Shown: in pieces, positions 9,787-18,747 of the stretch
Numbering within the stretch: position 1 is the first letter of the stretch
Layout of the letters: every line of letters begins with the position of its first letter
Assembly: GCA_044070495.1 (NCBI GenBank)
Contig: JBIPSI010000001.1
Coordinates: 228,665 to 292,664, forward strand
DNA length: 64,000 nt
Source: Spirulina sp.
GTDB lineage: Bacteria > Cyanobacteriota > Cyanobacteriia > Phormidesmidales > Phormidesmidaceae
Direction of reading: 5' to 3'
Notes under the pieces: model-generated
The model's input: the letters and a program-made list of their open reading frames with translations, nothing else
Told to the model about the DNA's origin: nothing
Database searches by the model: none
Position numbers and translations under genes: made by a program

Positions 9787-11010
9787 ATGACAAAACGCAC
9801 ACTGATCCGTGGAATCAAACCAGCAATAGGGTTTCTTGCCCTAGGGCTGGGCCTAGGCACGATGGGATGGAGCCAACCCGCCCTCGCCCAGATGGGGCCA
9901 GAGTGGCACAACTGCCTCACCCGTGAGGTCTTTACCCCCGAAAAACAAGCCTGGTGTGATCGCTGGAACACCCTGCAAAATGGTACCTACCTCGTCCCCA
10001 CCACCGGGGTACAGGATTCAATGTATACCACCGTTACCCTCACCAACGGCCAGTATGAGGCCGAGGACGGTGGAGGCGTGGCCCTGGCCAATGAACCGGG
10101 CTGGCTGGCCTTTGGGGATCTCAATGGCGATGGCAAGGACGATGCAGCGGTGATTATGGGCGTTGTTCCAGCGGACGGTACCGCCCTCTCCACCCACCTG
10201 GCCGTTGTGATGGACATTGATGGATCTGCCCAGGCGCTTAACCCCGTGCTGCTGGGGGAACGGGTGATGCTGAATAGCTTCATGGCCATCAACAATCAGC
10301 GCCTCTTGGTGCCCCAACTCACCCAAACCGAGGTGATTAACCGCACCTTTGTCACCGATGGCGGCACCCTCAGCGAACTGGCCCAACTGCCCACGCCAGA
10401 ACGGGTTCCGGGCGGCATCCCCGATGGCACCCTCGTCTTTACGAACACCTCCACCTACGCCGTGCGGGTGTTCACCCAGGAGGGCCAGCCCTACGTCAAT
10501 TTGTTCAACCGCAGAACGGGGCGGCTAGAGGTCGATAGCGGACGGGCGGTGGCGATTTCCTCGGTGGAGGGCACCCAGTACCGATACAGCGGCACCGGGG
10601 ATCGGCCCTCAGTGCAGATTACAGTGGCCCCCGATAGCGCTCAAACCTTTGAGGTAAACGGCATGGAACAAACCGATCTAGCCACGGTCACGGGCACCGT
10701 CACCCATCGCGTCCGCATGGCCCTGGCCCCCAATACCGTCGTGGAAGTTCAACTACTAGACGTGAGCCGCGCCGATGCTCCGGCCATCGTTTTGGCCAGC
10801 CAGAGTATCGTCACAGGCGGACGACAGGTGCCCATCCCCTTTGAACTGGTCTACAACCCCGACCAGATCGATCCCCGCATGACCTACGCCGTGCAGGCCC
10901 GCATCAGCGTGGATGGAAACCTGCAATTCATCAATACCCGCCGCTTTCCGGTGATCAGCCAAGGCAACCCCAACCAGGTGGAAGTCATGGTAGACCCCGT
11001 CCGTCGCTAG
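9787..11010 (+). CDS. Exported protein with C-terminal YbaY-family domain
   Basis: Signal peptide (..PALAQ); DLNGDGKDD Ca-binding-like loop; C-terminal DVSRADAPA...QVPIPFEL.YNP..IDPRMTYAVQARI typical of YbaY. Confidence 0.75.
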   Translation: MTKRTLIRGIKPAIGFLALGLGLGTMGWSQPALAQMGPEWHNCLTREVFTPEKQAWCDRWNTLQNGTYLVPTTGVQDSMYTTVTLTNGQYEAEDGGGVALANEPGWLAFGDLNGDGKDDAAVIMGVVPADGTALSTHLAVVMDIDGSAQALNPVLLGERVMLNSFMAINNQRLLVPQLTQTEVINRTFVTDGGTLSELAQLPTPERVPGGIPDGTLVFTNTSTYAVRVFTQEGQPYVNLFNRRTGRLEVDSGRAVAISSVEGTQYRYSGTGDRPSVQITVAPDSAQTFEVNGMEQTDLATVTGTVTHRVRMALAPNTVVEVQLLDVSRADAPAIVLASQSIVTGGRQVPIPFELVYNPDQIDPRMTYAVQARISVDGNLQFINTRRFPVISQGNPNQVEVMVDPVRR

Positions 11011-12596
11011 ATGGGCCGATAGACCCGGTAATTAATATTGGGAAAGATGTTGTCGATGGCTTCCATTTTCTCCAGCCAGCCGGAGTCAATCTTGCCGCGC
11101 AGGATGTCGTCCCACAGCTTTTGGAAGCGCATCAGGTGGGTGCGGGTGCGGCGCACGGCGTAGGGCACCATGGTTCCCGTCCGCATAATGAAGGCCCAGT
11201 CGGAGGATTGGGCCAGCAGCAGTTCCCGTGCCGCCTGGTTCAAGGCCCGCCATTCCAGTTCGTCTTCGGGTTCGCGCTTGGCCAGGTCAATCATGCGCTC
11301 GGCAGCTTTGTGCAGGTGGGGGTAAATCCAGGCGTTGGTTTCGTTCAGCCAATATTCGTGGAAGCCCTTAAAGCCCCAACTCGATTGGGAAGGACGGCAG
11401 ACCTGCTGGGTAGGATTGGCCTTCAGGTAGTCGGCCAGGTGGGTCATGTCGTAGGTGTCTTGGTCAAACCAGCTCTTGCGGAACAGGTAGTCGAGGAACC
11501 ACGGGCCTTCGTACCACCAGTGGCCAAACAGTTCGGCATCGTAGGGCGACACAATAATCGGCGGGCGCTGCATTAGGCCATAGAGGTGGCTGATCTGCTG
11601 TTCCCGGTTGTACATGAAGTTTCCGGCGTGCTCGGCGGCTTTTTCCTTGGCCCAGTAGGGGTCGTACAGAGCTTTGTCAGACAAGCCCAAGCCCTTCCCG
11701 GTAATTTTGTGGTACTTGATGCCCACATTCTTGCGCTGGCCGTTGGGCATGATGTAGGGCTTGATGTACTCATACTCGGCATCCCAGCCCAGGTCGCGGT
11801 AGAACTCACGGTACTCCGGTGCGCCGGGGTAGCCCACCTGGGACGACCACACCTGTTGGGAGGATTCGTGATCCCGTCCGAAAGCCGCCACCCCGGTTTC
11901 GGTGAAGATGGGGGCATAGCTGCCAAAGCGAGGGCGGGGGCGGGCGTAGAGAATGCCGTGGCCATCGGTGAGGAAGTAACGCATCCCGGCATCGGCCACC
12001 ATGCGCTCTAGCCCTTCGTAGTAGGCGCATTCCGGTAGCCAAATGCCGTTGGGGGCACGGCCAAAGTTTTCTTCGTAGTGCTCCGCCGCCACCTGAATTT
12101 GTGCCCACACCGCTTCGGGGTACATTTTCATCAGGGGCAGATAGCCGTGGGTGGCCCCGCAGGTGATGATCTCTAGGTTGTTAGAGTCCTGGTATTGCTT
12201 GAAAGCCGTCACCAGGTCGCCGCTGTAGTTCTCCCAGGTGTTGCGAACATGGTTGAACTCCTGGGCGTAGGTTTCCGCCAAATACCGCAGGTGGCCATTG
12301 TGGACGTGGCGTTCCACCTCTAATTCGGCCAGTTCTTCGAGCTGGGCTAGGTGGGCATCAAAGCGCTCTTGCAGCAGGGGATCCCGCAGCATCGACACCA
12401 AGGGCGGCGTCATGCTCATGGTGAGCTTAAAATCCACCCCGTCCCGCTTCAGCCCGTCGAACATGGTGAGCAGCGGCACGTAGGTCTCGATGATGGCTTC
12501 GTAGAGCCACTCCTCCTCTAGCACATAGTCACTTTCGGGATGTCGGACGTAGGGAAGGTGGGCATGGAGAACCAGGGCAAGATATCCGATAGCCAT
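11007..12596 (-). CDS. Glycoside hydrolase family 57 (branching-enzyme type, DUF1957 C-terminus)
   Basis: HAHLPYV, EEWLYEA..ETY, WLPECAY, DAELFGHWWYEG, AQSSDWAF; start at MAIGYL. Confidence 0.92.
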   Translation of the reverse strand: MAIGYLALVLHAHLPYVRHPESDYVLEEEWLYEAIIETYVPLLTMFDGLKRDGVDFKLTMSMTPPLVSMLRDPLLQERFDAHLAQLEELAELEVERHVHNGHLRYLAETYAQEFNHVRNTWENYSGDLVTAFKQYQDSNNLEIITCGATHGYLPLMKMYPEAVWAQIQVAAEHYEENFGRAPNGIWLPECAYYEGLERMVADAGMRYFLTDGHGILYARPRPRFGSYAPIFTETGVAAFGRDHESSQQVWSSQVGYPGAPEYREFYRDLGWDAEYEYIKPYIMPNGQRKNVGIKYHKITGKGLGLSDKALYDPYWAKEKAAEHAGNFMYNREQQISHLYGLMQRPPIIVSPYDAELFGHWWYEGPWFLDYLFRKSWFDQDTYDMTHLADYLKANPTQQVCRPSQSSWGFKGFHEYWLNETNAWIYPHLHKAAERMIDLAKREPEDELEWRALNQAARELLLAQSSDWAFIMRTGTMVPYAVRRTRTHLMRFQKLWDDILRGKIDSGWLEKMEAIDNIFPNINYRVYRPI

Positions 12597-13163
12597 AGGT
12601 GAGTGCCGTTGCGGAATGAACTGTGAATGCCGATTGATGGGGCCGGGATGAACCGTTGACAAGATTCTAAGGCAAAAGTTAAGCGGTGACGGTTAGCTAG
12701 GCGGTATCCCGTCTGACCAACCTGATTGCAAAGTTTTATAACGTTTTTAATGGCCCAGTTGTGCCACAGAGGCGAACCTCCAGAAAGTTCAGGGAGAACG
12801 CTCTGTGGACAAGTTAATACGCTTGCAATTGGAGTAGAGACTTGGATAGAGGGTTTGGATAGAGATGTATTTATGCCTTACATTATGCCCCGCGCCCGTC
12901 GCCAAATCCCATCGAAATCCCGTATTCGCCCCTGGCTCCCAACCGCTGTTTCCCCGTGGATTGATTAGGGCTTGTTCTGGGGCGCGTCATCCCTAACACT
13001 AGGGCATGGCCGGGATGGAGCCTCGACATCCACACAGCCCAGATGGCCAGAGTCGCAGTTCGTTGTAAGTTGTCGTCATTACGTCACTAAAGTCGTCGCA
13101 ATTAACAGGCCGCAATTAACAGGGTCAGAATTTAAAGCGTCAGAGCGAATAGGGTCAACATCA

Positions 13164-13931
13164 ATGGGACGAGTGGGGTGGATCGGGATCGGGCTGCTGC
13201 TGGTCAGCCTGGGGGGAATGGGGGGCTGTCAACAAGGCCCAAGGCTTGCCATGCAGAGCTATGCGTGGGCGGAAGATACCCTCACCGCCCTGGCCTATCC
13301 GGCCTTTTTGGTGGATACGGGCACCGCCGAACGCTACCGTCAGCAGGGGCTAGCCTACCGGGCTGGGGGGGATCTGGAGCGTTCCGTGGCCACCCTAAAA
13401 ATTGCCGCCGCCCTCGACCCCTACAACCCCAATAGCCACATTATTCTGGGCTGGACACAGCACCTCGCCGCAGATCGCCCCAGCGCCATCACCACCCTCA
13501 CCACCGCCCTAGGACAGGATCCTGACTCGGTACAGGCCCTCAACGCCCTCGGCATTGTCTATTTAGTGGAGGGCCAGCTTGACCAGGCCACCGCCACCCA
13601 CCACCGCGCCCTGGAACTCAAGCCCGACAACGAGATCGCCCACTACAACCTCAGCCTCGCCTACCAGCGCCTTGGCAACTGGGACGCCGCCATCCACCAC
13701 GCCCAGGAAGCCACGCAACTGGAACCCCAAAATCCCCATCCCTGGGTGGCCCTGGCGCTGGCCCAGGCTTCCAGTGGCGACCCCACCGCCGCCCAAGCCA
13801 CCTACCGACAGGCAATTCAGAGGGATAGCCGCTATCTCAATCGTGCCTATCTTGATCACCTGGCCCAGGCGGGTTTTAGCGAAGCTCAAATTAGCGCGGT
13901 TGACCAAATCCAAGCCACCACCGCTCCCTAA
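13164..13931 (+). CDS. TPR repeat protein with N-terminal signal/lipoprotein-like segment
   Basis: Several TPR units (ALNALGIVY, AHYNLSLAY); hydrophobic N-terminus ending GGC; start uncertain. Confidence 0.8.
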   Translation: MGRVGWIGIGLLLVSLGGMGGCQQGPRLAMQSYAWAEDTLTALAYPAFLVDTGTAERYRQQGLAYRAGGDLERSVATLKIAAALDPYNPNSHIILGWTQHLAADRPSAITTLTTALGQDPDSVQALNALGIVYLVEGQLDQATATHHRALELKPDNEIAHYNLSLAYQRLGNWDAAIHHAQEATQLEPQNPHPWVALALAQASSGDPTAAQATYRQAIQRDSRYLNRAYLDHLAQAGFSEAQISAVDQIQATTAP

Positions 13932-13960
13932 AAAGCATCCTGTAAAAAGCATCTGAATAA

Positions 13961-14091
13961 GAGGGCGTTTGAAAAGGGTTGCCTCAGGTGCGATTGGTCG
14001 CTAGATCGGTGCAAATCTACGGGATTTTTGGCGACTGAGGCTGACCTCATCGGTATAACTTGGGACAAGCTTCGGCTTTTCAAACGTCCTT
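13961..14091. mobile_element. 131-bp MITE with 16-bp imperfect TIRs and TAA target duplication (IS5/IS1031-like ends)
   Basis: Left GAGGGCGTTTGAAAAG, right CTTTTCAAACGTCCTT (14/16 match); TAA at 13958-13960 and 14092-14094. Confidence 0.7.
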
Positions 14092-14109
14092 TAAGAGAAA
14101 GGGCCAACG

Positions 14110-14239
14110 CTGGTTGACTGGCAAAAGATCCTGTGCTGGACGCGAAAACCGCGCCCCTACAGCATTGGGATAAGGTAGGGGTCAGGAGATCTGCCCCTTT
14201 GGGGAATCTGGGTTCTCGCAAGTTTTGTCAGTCCACCAG
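14110..14239. mobile_element. 130-bp MITE (TIR CTGGTKGACTGRCAAAA) with an internal REP pair; partial third copy at 14258-14314
   Basis: TIRs match 15/17; inner hairpins ..CCGCGCCCCTAC and GTAGGGGTCAGG..; homologous to 15262-15386. Confidence 0.75.
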
Positions 14240-14444
14240 GGGCCAACGATACCCGAATGGACTGACAAGGGATTCTGCACCGGACGCAGCCACCGCGCCC
14301 CTACAGTATTGGGACAATGCCCAGGAGCTAGAGGTGTGGAGAAGGAACAATTTCGTCTAGACTGAACACTTTAAATCCACATTTTTTAATAATCTAACGA
14401 AAGCGTTATATTAAATTAAGCAAGCGCATTGAGCGAAATGATTC

Positions 14445-15188
14445 ATGGTTGTCGCGTCAGACCGCACCTCATTACACCAGCGTGGGTTGACAGGCGAGGC
14501 TCAAATTCTAAGGCAAGTTTTTGAGTCTGTTGACGCTGCCAGTTGCCCCTACAGCTACAACTTTCACATGCATACCGTGTGTTCAGATGGCAAGCTGACT
14601 CCGGCAGCGTTGATGGAGCAAGTAATCGGCATTGGCCTGCAAGCATTCGCCATTACCGATCACCATAGCCTGCGCGGTTACCACCAGGCCCAGGCTTGGC
14701 TAGAGGACTGGCGCTGGCGCAACCCGACCCCCCTCAGCCAACGCCGTTCAGCGGGTTCCTTGATGGAATCGGCTCCCCGATTGTTTACCGGGGTGGAAAT
14801 CAACGCTCTGCTGGCGGGGACGGAGGTACACCTGCTGGGTTATGGGTTTGCCCCCAGCCATCAAGCCATAGTCCCCTACCTCCAGGGTTCTGCGCCTAGG
14901 GGTAGCCTGAAGGCGGCGGAAACAGTCATCAACGCCATTCAGACGGCGGGAGGGCTAGCGGTGTTGGCCCATCCGGCCCGTTATCGGGTATCCGCTGAAA
15001 CCCTGATTGACCACGCGGTGGCCCTAGGCATTGATGGCGTTGAAGCCTACTACGCCTACAGCAACCCCGACCAGTGGCACCCCTGCCCTCGCCACACCCC
15101 CCTGATCGAAGCCCTAGCTCGTCACCATCGCCTATTCACCACCTGCGGCACCGATACCCACGGATCTAACCTCCTGCGTCGGCTTTAG
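14445..15188 (+). CDS. PHP-domain metal-dependent phosphoesterase (TrpH/YciV-like)
   Basis: HMHTVCSDG, AITDH, GVE, HLLGY, LAHP, GTDTHG motifs. Confidence 0.88.
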   Translation: MVVASDRTSLHQRGLTGEAQILRQVFESVDAASCPYSYNFHMHTVCSDGKLTPAALMEQVIGIGLQAFAITDHHSLRGYHQAQAWLEDWRWRNPTPLSQRRSAGSLMESAPRLFTGVEINALLAGTEVHLLGYGFAPSHQAIVPYLQGSAPRGSLKAAETVINAIQTAGGLAVLAHPARYRVSAETLIDHAVALGIDGVEAYYAYSNPDQWHPCPRHTPLIEALARHHRLFTTCGTDTHGSNLLRRL

Positions 15189-15261
15189 TCTAAGTCCGTC
15201 AGTGGTGTTCTAGACATCCGTGGGAGATATCCCACTAACGCATCACATTCAAGCTATTGGG

Positions 15262-15386
15262 CTGGTTGACTGACAAAAGATTCTGCACCGGGCGCGGCAA
15301 CCGCGCCTCTACCGCATTAGGGTCATGTAGGGGTCAGGTCTCCTGACCCTTTGACGGATCTGGGTTCTGGCAAGTTTTGTCACCAG
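15262..15386. mobile_element. Second copy of the 14110-14239 MITE, same orientation, right TIR with a short deletion
   Basis: Collinear similarity over the full length. Confidence 0.75.
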
Positions 15387-15808
15387 GGTTCGGAGTTGCT
15401 CTGAAAATAGCTTTTCATCCTTGGGGGTGTTGCGCCAGCGGCATAGACGACGGGTATGACTTGGGATCGCCGTACGGGTCAATAGTGTGGGGGCAGGCAC
15501 GAATATCCCTTGATTTGGAGGGTTGACGTTGGGTTAAAGTCGGCCTTTTTCTTTAGCTTTTCTTCAGATTTTTGCGATTAGAGTGCCAGTCCAGACAGCT
15601 TGTAACATCCCTAGAAAAAACTACCGGATAGTTTGCAAAGTTATTTGCTGAAGCGTGGACTTTTATATGCAATGGCAATTGCTAAAAGCGGAGAGGGCAT
15701 GATAAACCCGAAGCCTAAAATCGTGACGGCAACCCGTCAATTGGCCATCTGTCCCTGACCCTTCATCGACAGTAACCCATGGGCGGTGCGCTCTCCCCTG
15801 GAACGACT

Positions 15809-16825
15809 ATGAACCACGAATCCTATCTTTTATTTACCCTGGATGGCCTACACTATGGCCTGACGGCGGAAGTGGTGCAGGAAATTTTCTTTCTTCCCGC
15901 CCTCACCTCGGTACCTGAATCGGGGCCGGAGGTAGCGGGGGTGCTGAATTTGCGAGGCCAGCTACTGCCCGTCCTCAATCTCAAAACCTGTCTGGGTAAG
16001 CCGCGTCAGCCCAATACCCTCAACCAGGCGGTGATTTTGGTTAAATACGATGATCACCGCTTGGGCTTGGTGGTAGATGACATTCAAAATGTCGAGGAAA
16101 TGGATACCGCTAACATTTCTAGCGGTTTGGATACTCCCTACATTGGCAGGGCGGAACGGTCGATGACCACGGGGCTGGCTAAGTTTGGTCAGCATGTCAT
16201 CATTTTGCTGAACCCGGAAACCTTAGTCAGGGGTTATTCGGCCATCCATGAACAGATAGATGCCGCCGAGGATGGCCACGACAACACCTTTATGGCCCAG
16301 TTTGGCCCAGAGGCCCAGATGGTGTTGCAGGATCGGGCGGAGGGGCTGGCCCAGGTGACCAAAGCCGATAATTTGGCAGGGTTATCGGCCTTGGCGGTGG
16401 TGAGCCTAGAGGGAGAGCGCTTTGCCCTGGGCCTAGAGTCGGTGCATGAGTTTACCGAGGTGCCTCAGATCACGCCGATTCCCTGCTGTCCGTCCCACAT
16501 TGTTGGCAACATGAACCTGCGGGGCGAAATTTTGACCCTGGTGGATATCCGCCGTTTCCTCAACCTATCCCCCAGTGCCGACCGCAAACCGGATAAGGCG
16601 GTGGTAATGCGGCTAGGTTCTCTGGTGGCTGGGATCGTGGTGGATGACGTGTACGACGTGGTCTATGTGCAGCCCTCGGAAATTGCCTCGATTCCCGCCG
16701 CTATTCATTCCAGTGATAACGAATACCTGAAGGGCATCGCCCGCTACCAAGACTCGATGATGAGTCTCTTAGACTTGCCCCGATTGCTAACCCAGGGCGA
16801 GCTTGTTGTGAATCAATTGGGTTAG
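15809..16825 (+). CDS. cheW: CheW-family adaptor with two CheW domains
   Basis: GVLNLRGQLLPV...LGLVVD and GNMNLRGEILTLV...GIVVD; alternative start at 15779. Confidence 0.9.
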   Translation: MNHESYLLFTLDGLHYGLTAEVVQEIFFLPALTSVPESGPEVAGVLNLRGQLLPVLNLKTCLGKPRQPNTLNQAVILVKYDDHRLGLVVDDIQNVEEMDTANISSGLDTPYIGRAERSMTTGLAKFGQHVIILLNPETLVRGYSAIHEQIDAAEDGHDNTFMAQFGPEAQMVLQDRAEGLAQVTKADNLAGLSALAVVSLEGERFALGLESVHEFTEVPQITPIPCCPSHIVGNMNLRGEILTLVDIRRFLNLSPSADRKPDKAVVMRLGSLVAGIVVDDVYDVVYVQPSEIASIPAAIHSSDNEYLKGIARYQDSMMSLLDLPRLLTQGELVVNQLG

Positions 16826-16946
16826 GGAAAGGAGTGATGAAATGTCTGATAACAAGGAGATTAACTCCTTGAATAACACCTCAAACGATTTCAATGCTTC
16901 TTTTCACTAACGTATTTCGCATTTACCTGTTCTAAGGAGAATCGCC

Positions 16947-18404
16947 ATGGAAGGCCGCAAGATTTGGAAGCTACGTCATTGGATCATCTTTGGGTATTCG
17001 GTTCCGGTGGTTGCGTTGATTATTTCCGCCGGGGTAACCATTGTTAATGTGCGCCAAGTCAACCAGTCTGCCCAAGATTTAACAGAAGCCTGGATTATTA
17101 ATGATAGATTGGCTGGATTAGAATCTACGGTACAGATTGTATCTCGAACCACCCGAGGCTATCTCTTGGAGGCCGCTCAAACCTCTCAAAATAACTTTAC
17201 TCAGGCCAGGGCTGATTTTGACAGGCTGGTAGATGAGCTGGATAGCATGATCCGAGATGAGCGGCAGCGTCAAAATCTGGTGAATGCCCAGGATTTTATT
17301 GAAACCTACTTTGCCAATTCTCAGCGAATTTTCGATCTCGTTAACAACAATCAACGAGATGAAGCCTTTCTATTTTGGCAGGAGAGCAATGGTCGGACAA
17401 TCTCCAACGAGGCCATCGCCCTCCTGAATGAGATGGAGGAGTTGGAAAACGAAATTATTGCCGCTGCCCAAACTCGCCAGGAAGAAGCTCTGGCCCGGTT
17501 GCAATTTACCCTGGTCACGGCGGCTACATTGTCGGTGATTCTATCCGCCATTATTGGCACCTGGATTGTGATGAAAGCCTCGCGGATGATGAACCAAGCT
17601 GCTGGAGACATTGCCAGTTCGGCCAGCGAAATTGCCGCCAGTGTGGAGCAGCAGGAACGCACCAGCAGCCAGCAAGCGGCCAGCGTCAGCGAAACCACGA
17701 CCACCATGGATGAACTGGGGGCGTCTTCGCGGCAGTCTGCTGAACAGGCAGAAGCGGCGGCGGCGGGGGCACAGCAGGCTCTTACCCTGGCGGATGGCGG
17801 CACCCGAGCGGTGGAACGCAGCCTAGATGGCATGACCACCCTGCGGGAAAAAGTAGACGCCATTGCCGACCAAATTTTGCGCCTGAGTGAGCAAACCAGC
17901 CAAATTGGCGGCATTTCTGGCCTGGTGAGCGACCTGGCTAACCAAACCAACATGCTGGCCCTGAATGCGGCGGTAGAAGCGGTGCGGGCTGGGGAGCACG
18001 GTAAGGGCTTTGCGGTGGTGTCCGGCGAAATTCGTAAACTAGCCGACCAAAGCAAGAAATCCGCCGAGAAAATCAATGCCCTGGTGGCGGATATTCAAAC
18101 CGCCATCAACTCCACGGTGATGGTCACCGACGAAGGAACCAAGACCGTAGAAGAAGGGGTGAAAATTGCCGAAGAAACCTCCGATGCCTTCGCTGGGGTG
18201 GCCGATGCCGTCAACAATGTGGTGCTGAATAGTCAGCAAATTTCCCTCAACGTGAAACAGCAGGCGGTGGCCATTCAGCAGGTGGTAAGCGCCATGAATA
18301 GTCTCAACACTGGGGCGCAGGAAACCGCCAACGGCATCAGCCAAATCAAAATTGGCACCCACCAACTCAATGAAAGCGCCCTGATCCTGAAAACCGCGAT
18401 TTAA
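16947..18404 (+). CDS. Methyl-accepting chemotaxis protein with four-helix (CHASE3-like) sensor
   Basis: Two TM helices, RGYLL motif, [26 protein letters not shown] signalling hairpin. Confidence 0.92.
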   Translation: MEGRKIWKLRHWIIFGYSVPVVALIISAGVTIVNVRQVNQSAQDLTEAWIINDRLAGLESTVQIVSRTTRGYLLEAAQTSQNNFTQARADFDRLVDELDSMIRDERQRQNLVNAQDFIETYFANSQRIFDLVNNNQRDEAFLFWQESNGRTISNEAIALLNEMEELENEIIAAAQTRQEEALARLQFTLVTAATLSVILSAIIGTWIVMKASRMMNQAAGDIASSASEIAASVEQQERTSSQQAASVSETTTTMDELGASSRQSAEQAEAAAAGAQQALTLADGGTRAVERSLDGMTTLREKVDAIADQILRLSEQTSQIGGISGLVSDLANQTNMLALNAAVEAVRAGEHGKGFAVVSGEIRKLADQSKKSAEKINALVADIQTAINSTVMVTDEGTKTVEEGVKIAEETSDAFAGVADAVNNVVLNSQQISLNVKQQAVAIQQVVSAMNSLNTGAQETANGISQIKIGTHQLNESALILKTAI

Positions 18405-18425
18405 CCCCCTGGACTGAGGGGAGTT

Positions 18426-18501
18426 GATCCCCCCTAGCCCCCCTTAGGAAGGGGGGAACCGAAGTCAAAGTCCCCCTTTTTAAGGGGGATTTAGGGGGAT
18501 C
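18426..18501. repeat. 76-bp double-hairpin dispersed repeat (inverted copy at 55069-55144)
   Basis: GATCCCCCCTAGCCCCCCTT..AAGGGGGG..AAAGTCCCCCTTTTTAAGGGGGATTTAGGGGGATC. Confidence 0.85.
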
Positions 18502-18509
18502 GCCGGAAG

Positions 18510-18665
18510 CCCTCACCCCCCAACCCCTCTCCCATGGGGCGAGGGGAGCCAGAAAAGACCGTAGGGTGGGCACTGCCCACCATCTCACTAAGACCCTCAC
18601 CCCCAACCCCTCTCCTATGGGGCGAGGGGAGCCGGAAAAACCGTAGGGTGGGCACTGCCCACCAT
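18510..18665. repeat. Tandem duplication of a ~73-bp unit (CCCTCACCCCC..CCCCTCTCC hairpin + GTAGGGTGGGCACTGCCCACC REP)
   Basis: Copies at 18510-18583 and 18594-18665. Confidence 0.85.
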
Positions 18666-18747
18666 TCCAAAGATCAGGAAGTAATCAAGGACAGCTAGGC
18701 CCAGTTTAGGAACTGATGCAGACGTTGGAGGGGAGCACCCTACCGAA

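Noticed and set aside
9509..9802. 97-aa hydrophobic ORF
   Set aside because: Occupies a divergent promoter region and overlaps the next start; no SD or family signal
18510..18665. Possible CRISPR array
   Set aside because: Only two ~73-bp units built from dispersed repeats; no unique spacers of regular length and no cas genes
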